From Candidatus Calditenuaceae archaeon (lineage in GTDB: Archaea > Thermoproteota > Nitrososphaeria_A > Caldarchaeales > Calditenuaceae), in assembly GCA_025059595.1 (NCBI GenBank), contig JANXDI010000010.1:1360-25359 (forward strand): a stretch of DNA of 24,000 nucleotides, given 5' to 3'. The notes under the pieces were generated by a model, which did no database searches, had not been told where the DNA came from, and saw only the letters and a program-made list of their open reading frames with translations. The position numbers and the translations under genes were made by a program. Positions 17,600-24,000 of the stretch are shown piece after piece (the stretch's first letter is position 1; every line of letters begins with the position of its first letter).

Positions 17600-18520
17600 T
17601 TGACCCAGCTACCCCGCACCCCTGTTGACACGCTCAAGATACTGGGGACCGGCTTCAGCAAGTTCTCGCACATATTCCTGGAGGTGTTCAGGACGAGCCG
17701 GTCCTTCAGAATTGGTGTTGTTGTCTTCGTAGCTCTGGTGATTTTAGGTGTTGGTGTGAGCTATTTCTCGCCTTTCGACCCGCGGCGCTGGTATCTGGTT
17801 ACGCCGAATAAGCCGCCGAGCTTTGAGTATCTGTTGGGCACCACGACGAATGGTCAGGATGTTTTCTGGCTCTTGACGTGGAGCATCAGGAACTCTCTAG
17901 TTATTGGTCTGATTACTGCGATGGTTGCCTCTCATGTCGGGTTGATACTGGGTATGCTGGCGGGTGCGAGGGGCGGGCTTCTCGATAGAATCCTCATGAT
18001 ACTGACAGACTCTTTCGTCGTTATACCTGCGCTTCCGACGCTGATTCTTCTGGCGGTGTTGCTGAGGGATGTGATGACTATACCAATCATGGGGCTGATA
18101 ATCAGCATCTTCTCTTGGCCCTGGCCGTCTAGGCAGGTCCGCGCCATGGTCCTCTCCCTCCGGGAGCGGGACTTCATAGCGACATCCATCTTCTCGGGCT
18201 ACAGCGTCGTAGGCAGGGTCTTCAGGGATTACATGCCATTCATATTGCCGTGGCACCTCGTAAACCTGACAAACACGGTCCTATTCGCGATTTCGAGCGA
18301 GGCAGCCTTGGCTGTTATAGGCGTCTCAATACTCAGCGAGGCGACCTTGGGGGTGATGATTTACTGGGCGCTGAACTACTCAGCGCTTTTCCGAGGCCTC
18401 TGGTGGTGGCTCATCTCACCGGTCTTAACAATCATACTTGTCTTCGTCTCCCTCTTTCTCATCTCTAAGGGAGTCTCAGATTACTCCAATCCAAGACTTA
18501 GATGGCAGTCTGGAAGGTGA
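17600..18520 (+). CDS. ABC transporter permease, DppC/OppC type
   Basis: SPFDPRRWYLVTPNKPPSFEYLLGTTTNGQDVFWLLTWSIRNSLVIGL...GLILGMLAG...RGGLLDRILMILTDSFVVIPALP; partner of the upstream permease. Confidence 0.92.
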   Translation: MTQLPRTPVDTLKILGTGFSKFSHIFLEVFRTSRSFRIGVVVFVALVILGVGVSYFSPFDPRRWYLVTPNKPPSFEYLLGTTTNGQDVFWLLTWSIRNSLVIGLITAMVASHVGLILGMLAGARGGLLDRILMILTDSFVVIPALPTLILLAVLLRDVMTIPIMGLIISIFSWPWPSRQVRAMVLSLRERDFIATSIFSGYSVVGRVFRDYMPFILPWHLVNLTNTVLFAISSEAALAVIGVSILSEATLGVMIYWALNYSALFRGLWWWLISPVLTIILVFVSLFLISKGVSDYSNPRLRWQSGR

Positions 18521-18528
18521 GATAAAAG

Positions 18529-19512
18529 GTGGCGGCGGATAACGTTGTGTTAGATTGTAGCAATGTGACGGCCGTCTATGACTTAGGCTATAACGTTAAG
18601 GTTCGGGCGGTGGATAACGTCAGCCTCACTGTTCGCAGAGGCGAGATAGTCGGTCTGGCTGGGGAGTCTGGGTGCGGGAAAACAACCCTCATGAGGACAA
18701 TCTACCGGGACGTAACTCCTCCTCTCAAGGTAGTGTCTGGCGTTGTTCGACTTCAGGCAAAGGATGGAGAAGTGACAGACATCTATCAAGTCAGCGAATC
18801 TGAGCTGAAGAAGTTGAGAGCTAGGGTGATATCCTATATTCCACAGGGCTCAATGTCGGTCCTTAACCCGACTTCAAGAGTTAGGAGCGCATTCCTCGAA
18901 GTGTTCCAGAAATACGGTGAGGTGGGGAAGGATGAGGCTCTGCGTCTTGTTAAGGCGAGGCTGAAGGAGCTAGGACTCCGTGAGAGCATCCTCGCGTCCT
19001 ACCCACATCAGCTAAGCGGCGGAATGAGGCAGAGAACCGTGATCGCCTTGGCTACAATAATGAATCCTAGCATAGTACTGGCCGACGAGCCTACCTCGGC
19101 CCTAGATGTAGTTTATCAGAGAGGAGTTGTCGAGATGATACAGAACATTAGAAACATGTTCGGCACATCCTTCATCGTCGTTTCACACGACATGGGGCTA
19201 CACTACCAAGTATCTGACAGAATAGCTATTATGTATGCAGGCAAGATAATCGAGGTGGGGCGGACAGACGATGTCTTCAGAGAGCCACTTCACCCCTACA
19301 CAGAGGGGCTCATCAACTCTCTGCCGCGCATCGGCGGGCCCAAGAGGCTTGAAGGGCTTTCGGGGCTTCCCCCGAGCCTCGCTAATCCGCCGCCTGGTTG
19401 CAGGTTCCACCCAAGATGCCCTTACAGGATGGAGAGGTGCTTGGTGGAGGAGCCTCCCAGCTTCAAGGTGAGGGGCAGGGAGGTTGCCTGCTGGCTGATG
19501 GAGGCGAAGTGA
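18529..19512 (+). CDS. ABC transporter ATP-binding protein, DppD/OppD type
   Basis: GLAGESGCGKTTLMRTI Walker A, QLSGGMRQRTVIALA signature, IVLADEPTSALD, C-terminal oligopeptide motif NPPPGCRFHPRCPYRMERC. Confidence 0.95.
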   Translation: MAADNVVLDCSNVTAVYDLGYNVKVRAVDNVSLTVRRGEIVGLAGESGCGKTTLMRTIYRDVTPPLKVVSGVVRLQAKDGEVTDIYQVSESELKKLRARVISYIPQGSMSVLNPTSRVRSAFLEVFQKYGEVGKDEALRLVKARLKELGLRESILASYPHQLSGGMRQRTVIALATIMNPSIVLADEPTSALDVVYQRGVVEMIQNIRNMFGTSFIVVSHDMGLHYQVSDRIAIMYAGKIIEVGRTDDVFREPLHPYTEGLINSLPRIGGPKRLEGLSGLPPSLANPPPGCRFHPRCPYRMERCLVEEPPSFKVRGREVACWLMEAK

Positions 19513-19514
19513 GA

Positions 19515-20498
19515 ATGACTGAGAACAATGTATTGAGGGTTGAAAACCTTACAAAGATTTACAAGACAGGTGGGCTGATTTTAGGGAAGAAGTTTAAAGC
19601 CGTGGACGCTGTCACCTTCGGGCTTGAAGGCGATTCTGCCAACATCTTCACGATAGTTGGTGAAAGTGGATGCGGCAAAACTACGCTCGCGAGAATGATT
19701 CTGAGCCTGATTGAGCCGACTCATGGGCGCATCGAGGTCTTAGGCAAGGACATCTTGAAGCTCTCGTCAAAAGATAGGGGCAAGTGGCTACCGCGGGCAA
19801 TTCAGCCCGTTTTTCAGAACCCCTTCGAGGCCTTTAACCCTCTGAGAAAGGTCTACCCGTACCTCATCCACACAGCCACAAAAGTCGCGGGAATAGAAGA
19901 CAGAGGGGAGGCTGTCGAGCGGGTTCACCAAGCCTTAGAAGCCGTGCGCCTCTCGCCCGACATAGCTGAGAGGTCGCCTTACGAGCTCTCCGGAGGCCAA
20001 GTTCAGAGGCTCTCAATAGCACGCGCGATAATTCCCAGACCAAAGATAATCGTGGCGGATGAGCCTGTCTCCATGATAGACGCCTCCCTCAGAATGGGTA
20101 TTCTCAACATATTCAAGCAGCTCAAGGAGGAGTTGGGCATCAACTTCATCTACATAACCCACGACCTATCCACAGCCTACTACATCAGCGACCAGATAGC
20201 GGTGATGTATAAAGGGTCTTTCGCAGAGATGGGGTCCGCCGACGCCATCTTCGGAGAGCCGCTCCACCCATACACACAGCTCCTAATGGACTCCATACCG
20301 AGGGTTGACAGAAAGTGGTCTGGAAAGATTAAGGTTGCTGTGACGGAGGTTGAGGAGTATCTGCTTCCTGGCTGCAAGTTTGCTGACAGGTGTCCTTATG
20401 TGATGGATATTTGCAAGAAAAAGGCGCCGCCCCTGTTCAGGATGGGTAGCGGAGTTGAGGTTGCATGCTGGCTTTATTCCGATTCAAAGGAAGCGTAG
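19515..20498 (+). CDS. ABC transporter ATP-binding protein, DppF/OppF type
   Basis: TIVGESGCGKTTLARMIL, ELSGGQVQRLSIARAI, IIVADEPVSMIDASLR, LLPGCKFADRCPYVMDIC. Confidence 0.95.
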   Translation: MTENNVLRVENLTKIYKTGGLILGKKFKAVDAVTFGLEGDSANIFTIVGESGCGKTTLARMILSLIEPTHGRIEVLGKDILKLSSKDRGKWLPRAIQPVFQNPFEAFNPLRKVYPYLIHTATKVAGIEDRGEAVERVHQALEAVRLSPDIAERSPYELSGGQVQRLSIARAIIPRPKIIVADEPVSMIDASLRMGILNIFKQLKEELGINFIYITHDLSTAYYISDQIAVMYKGSFAEMGSADAIFGEPLHPYTQLLMDSIPRVDRKWSGKIKVAVTEVEEYLLPGCKFADRCPYVMDICKKKAPPLFRMGSGVEVACWLYSDSKEA

Positions 20499-20502
20499 TG
20501 TC

Positions 20503-21579
20503 CTAGATTTCTGGTAAGTTTATTCTTACTTCCCTTCCTGCGCTTGCTGATTCGTAGATGGCGTCCATGATCGCGTGGAGAATTACGCTCTGCCACCCCG
20601 TGACGGGGGGCTCTGTGCCCTCCTGAATCGATCTGATGAATGCTTTGGTCATCTCAAAGGAGAGGTCGGCGTTGGGCAGCAGCGGCTTAGTATCCGTGAG
20701 GAAGCTCTTTGTCCTCGAGTAGAACCCTATCTCTTGTAGGGCCTCGTGCCCCTCTGCCTCTATACCGCCCTTCTCCCCCAGAACTCTGAGCCGGCCCACT
20801 TCTCCCCTGTGAGATACGTTGGCAGCCCAAGCGGTCTCTATGGTGAGAGTCATTCCGTTGTCAAACCTCACGAACCCTGCTGCGAAATCCTCAAGCTCAA
20901 ACCTAGCTGGGTCCCACCACCCCCAGTTGAACTTAATCTCTTCAGGGTCTTTCCCGAATTTCGTGTAGACCGCGCCGCACGCAGAGACCGGCCTACGGAA
21001 ACCCGTCAGTGCGAGTATGTTGTCGAGCATATAACAGCCTATGTCGAGCAGGACTCCCTTTCCGCCTGAGAGTTCTTTGTCGATGAATGTCGGTTTCCCC
21101 GGTATCCCCCTCCTCCTCACGAGATATCCGTAAGCGTAGTAGGGCTCGCCGAGAGTGCCAGACTCGTAGAGTTCGACGCCGTATCTTAGAGCGGGTGAAA
21201 ACCTCGACCAGAACCCCACCATCAAGACTTTGTTGGCCTGCTTAGCGGCCCTCACCACCTCAGCAACCTCTTGGAGGCTTGCTCCGAGTGGCTTATCGAC
21301 TAGGGCGTGGACTCCACGTCTGAGACACTCTACAGCGATTCGGTGGTGAAGGCCGGATGGGGTCGCTATACTCACGGCCTCAAGCCCCTCCCTCTCAATC
21401 ATCTCCTTAAAGTCCATGTATCCTGCGACGTGAAACTCCCTGCACACACTCTCCAAAGTTGCTGGATTGGTGTCGCAGACCGCGACAACCCTCGCGCCTG
21501 GCGTCCTCGTGAGAGGTATTAAGTGGCGTCCTCTTCCATGTCCACCGACGCCTATGACTCCTACCCTCACTTCACCCAA
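20503..21579 (-). CDS. Gfo/Idh/MocA family oxidoreductase
   Basis: VRVGVIGVGGHGRGRHLIPLTRTPGARVVAVCDTNP; EAVSIATPSGLHHRIAVECLRRGVHALVDKPLG (EKP-like motif); SGGKGVLLDIGCYMLD. Confidence 0.93.
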   Translation of the reverse strand: MGEVRVGVIGVGGHGRGRHLIPLTRTPGARVVAVCDTNPATLESVCREFHVAGYMDFKEMIEREGLEAVSIATPSGLHHRIAVECLRRGVHALVDKPLGASLQEVAEVVRAAKQANKVLMVGFWSRFSPALRYGVELYESGTLGEPYYAYGYLVRRRGIPGKPTFIDKELSGGKGVLLDIGCYMLDNILALTGFRRPVSACGAVYTKFGKDPEEIKFNWGWWDPARFELEDFAAGFVRFDNGMTLTIETAWAANVSHRGEVGRLRVLGEKGGIEAEGHEALQEIGFYSRTKSFLTDTKPLLPNADLSFEMTKAFIRSIQEGTEPPVTGWQSVILHAIMDAIYESASAGREVRINLPEI

Positions 21580-21660
21580 TATTTGATGCCACCTCGGTTA
21601 TATTCGCCCCGTGTAAAATATAAGAGTTGAGACGCGAACTACTTTCGGATACACTAACGT

Positions 21661-22695
21661 GTGAAGGGCATGTCTGCAATAAGTTTGAATTATATTCTGC
21701 GTAGAGCTTTATTCGCCTTCCTCCACCTTTTCATCGGGGTCAACGTAATCTTCGTTATTCTTAGGCTCGCTCCCTTGGCCTCGGTTGAGATTCGGCTGCA
21801 GCAGGCTTTCTTGGTTGGCAGCCTGAGGTATCCGGAAGAGGCTGAAAGTCTGCGGAACGCTTGGCTCAACTTCTACGGCCTGAAGGGAGACCTTTTGGGG
21901 CACTATGCTGAAATCTGGAGAAGGCTAATAACGTTTGATTTCGGCCCTTCCCTCGTCAGCTTCCCTACATCGGTCTCAACTCTGATTCTGAGAGCTCTTC
22001 CATGGACGATAGGCTTACTCACGTTGAGCATACTAATCTCTTGGCTGTTGGGCACTTCTTTAGGAATAATCTCTGGCTCACTGCCCTCGAGGAGGCTCTC
22101 AAAACTCTTGACCGCTTTGTCTTTAACTTTGTATCCCATCCCCTACTACCTTTTAGGGCTGGTGCTTATCTTCATCTTCGCATATCTTGTCCCACTCTTC
22201 CCGCTGGGTGGAGGGGTTAGCGTAGTCCCGCCTCACTTCACCGGGAGCCTTTCACACGACCTCGCCCTGCTCTTCAACATCCTGCACCACGCCTCCCTTC
22301 CAGCCCTTTCCCTCGTCGTGCCAGCAAGCCTAGGCTGGTTCTTCCTGAGCGCATACTCTATCACGAGGGTCAAGATGGGTGAGGAACACATCGTTTTTTC
22401 CCGGCTTCTCGGTTTGAGGGAGGGCGATATTAGGAGGCACCTCTGGGGTGAAGCGAACTTGGCGCAGGTCACCCTCCTGACTCTCCAGCTCGGCCAGATA
22501 CTTGGAGGCGCTCTGATAACTGAGATTCTCTTCACCTATCCTGGGATGGGATATCTCATCTATAGGGCGATCACTGTGTTTGACTATAATTTGTTGGCCG
22601 CAGTCGCCCTATTATCATGCGTCGTCATTGCGGCTGGTGTCTTTGTTCTTGACGTCTTGGCGCCGCTAATCGACCCGAGAGTTCAGCAAAAGTAG
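21661..22695 (+). CDS. Second ABC transporter permease, DppB/OppB type (paralogue of 16583-17590)
   Basis: GLKGDLLGHYAEIWRRLITFDFGPSLVSFPTSVSTLILRALPWTIGLL...IPYYLLGLVLIFIFAYLVPLFPLGGGVS aligns with the first permease. GTG 21661 or ATG 21670 start; TATA-like taaaatataa upstream. Confidence 0.9.
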   Translation: MKGMSAISLNYILRRALFAFLHLFIGVNVIFVILRLAPLASVEIRLQQAFLVGSLRYPEEAESLRNAWLNFYGLKGDLLGHYAEIWRRLITFDFGPSLVSFPTSVSTLILRALPWTIGLLTLSILISWLLGTSLGIISGSLPSRRLSKLLTALSLTLYPIPYYLLGLVLIFIFAYLVPLFPLGGGVSVVPPHFTGSLSHDLALLFNILHHASLPALSLVVPASLGWFFLSAYSITRVKMGEEHIVFSRLLGLREGDIRRHLWGEANLAQVTLLTLQLGQILGGALITEILFTYPGMGYLIYRAITVFDYNLLAAVALLSCVVIAAGVFVLDVLAPLIDPRVQQK

Positions 22696-22696
22696 G

Positions 22697-24000
22697 CTAC
22701 TTGCTAGAGATTCTTTTTCTCCAGAGCACGACTATTGATGAGGCTGAAATGGCTAGAAGTATGGCGGCAACTAGCGAGGAGATGGTCTCTAAGTCCACGA
22801 GCCTACTTCCCATCAAAACCCCTCTAAGCCTAACCTCAAATAGAGTTGGTGAGTCGACCCAAATCAGCCGCCGCTCGGCCAAAGCACCGTCAAGATAGAC
22901 ATCGACCTGAACCTCGCCCGCAACAGGTATGCGTGTCAGGAACGTGCCATCCTCCAGCTTCTCCATCTCTAGCGGCTTCCCCCTCCATACGGCCGAGACA
23001 TCTGCGTTTCGTAAGACGTTACCAGCCCAATCTCGAACTCTGACTCTGAACTCCACATCCACCCCCCTCACAGCTATCGATACCTCCGAAACTGTTGCGT
23101 TCACCTCCCCCTTGGACAAAGATACACCCATAAAGGACACGGAATACTCGTGAACCCCCGGAAACAGTTTGACAACCGCGCCGCCAGCTTCGTCGCTGAC
23201 AGCGGTATAGCTCCTTCCCGTCACAGGGTCTTTCAACGTGAGAGTCGCGTTAGACACAGTTTTACCGCCCGGGCCCTCCAGTCTGAATACTATGTCCACT
23301 CGATTTAGCGGGAAGGTAATTCTCTCAACGCCTGGGCTTAGATTAATGGTCAGGGAGCCGAGTTGGACACCGTCCTTAAGTGCCGTCACACGGTAGGTCC
23401 CGGCGCCGGGGCGGCCCTCGCTGAGGGGTATGGCTGTGAATGAGACATCCCCAGCCGCTCCGGTTACCGTTGAACCAACCAGACCGAGTCTGTCAGACTC
23501 GATGAGAATCCGAACGCCGTGTACGGGTGCGCCTGCGTCGTCCGTTACAGAAACCAATAAGTCGGAGAGGTCTAAGACATAGGTCAAGTTTTGGCTTCTC
23601 TCAAGGGAAGTAACCTCCTTGAGGAGAAGTATCTCTTGCCCTTGGGGCAAGTATCGTTTAAGCGCCTCGACGACATATTGTCCGGTGACTCTCGAGGATG
23701 GGATGCTTGCCATTTTACCCGCCTCGATGGAGGTTGAGAAATTAAAACTCTCTGAGCTGAGCCTTAGCGTAGCGTTGACAGGTCTCCCCCTAAAATCGAG
23801 AACACTCACACCTACCTTAACAATATCAGCGGGCAATCTGTGCTCCGTCACATTCTGCGCGACATTTATCGTGGAGTTTAGGACGGGCGCCGCACCGAGG
23901 CGTCCCACAACCCTATAAGGCCCGACTTGTGGGAGGCTCGAGAGGGGGAGGTCTTTTGCGAAGAATCTCCCATTCATATCTGTTGTGCCGCGGCGTATGA
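22697..24000 (-). CDS. Membrane-anchored extracytoplasmic protein with tandem beta-sandwich/Ig-like repeats; N-terminus beyond window edge
   Basis: Open frame continues without a stop through position 24000. Recurring VxVxxxDxxGxPVxNAxLxL segments, then a C-terminal TM helix LETISSLVAAILLAISASSIVVLW + RKRISSK. Confidence 0.75.
   Translation of the reverse strand, partial: IRRGTTDMNGRFFAKDLPLSSLPQVGPYRVVGRLGAAPVLNSTINVAQNVTEHRLPADIVKVGVSVLDFRGRPVNATLRLSSESFNFSTSIEAGKMASIPSSRVTGQYVVEALKRYLPQGQEILLLKEVTSLERSQNLTYVLDLSDLLVSVTDDAGAPVHGVRILIESDRLGLVGSTVTGAAGDVSFTAIPLSEGRPGAGTYRVTALKDGVQLGSLTINLSPGVERITFPLNRVDIVFRLEGPGGKTVSNATLTLKDPVTGRSYTAVSDEAGGAVVKLFPGVHEYSVSFMGVSLSKGEVNATVSEVSIAVRGVDVEFRVRVRDWAGNVLRNADVSAVWRGKPLEMEKLEDGTFLTRIPVAGEVQVDVYLDGALAERRLIWVDSPTLFEVRLRGVLMGSRLVDLETISSLVAAILLAISASSIVVLWRKRISSK

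Overview
24 kb of an archaeal, probably thermophilic, chromosome; lineage is not resolved from sequence alone. Content reads as dense housekeeping and metabolic genes. Left edge: 5' ~900 nt of an archaeal 16S rRNA on the minus strand, with a structured leader. Then: NAD-dependent sugar-nucleotide epimerase, lone archaellin, aIF5A, a His-motif-containing polytopic membrane protein, DUF4256 protein, FAD-dependent (KstD/fumarate reductase-like) flavoprotein, trpE-trpG, coaBC, tRNA-Asn(GUU), D-2-hydroxyacid dehydrogenase, DUF61 protein, uS9, GH1 beta-glycosidase, a complete peptide/oligosaccharide-type ABC importer (SBP, two permeases, two ATPases), Gfo/Idh/MocA oxidoreductase, a second paralogous DppB-type permease, and the C-terminal part of a membrane-anchored repeat protein cut by the right edge. 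Best-supported unusual observations: (1) tRNA-Asn is interrupted by a 30-nt intron in the T-stem (noncanonical position 51/52) with a clear bulge-helix-bulge; (2) trpE has its conserved N-terminus, including LLES, encoded upstream of the first canonical start codon, with no ATG/GTG/TTG available; (3) a nested hairpin leader sits between the putative rRNA promoter and 16S; (4) a repeat-containing surface protein pairs with an extra ABC permease; (5) a polytopic membrane protein carries recurring HxH-type motifs. I found no CRISPR array, mobile element or obvious defence system.
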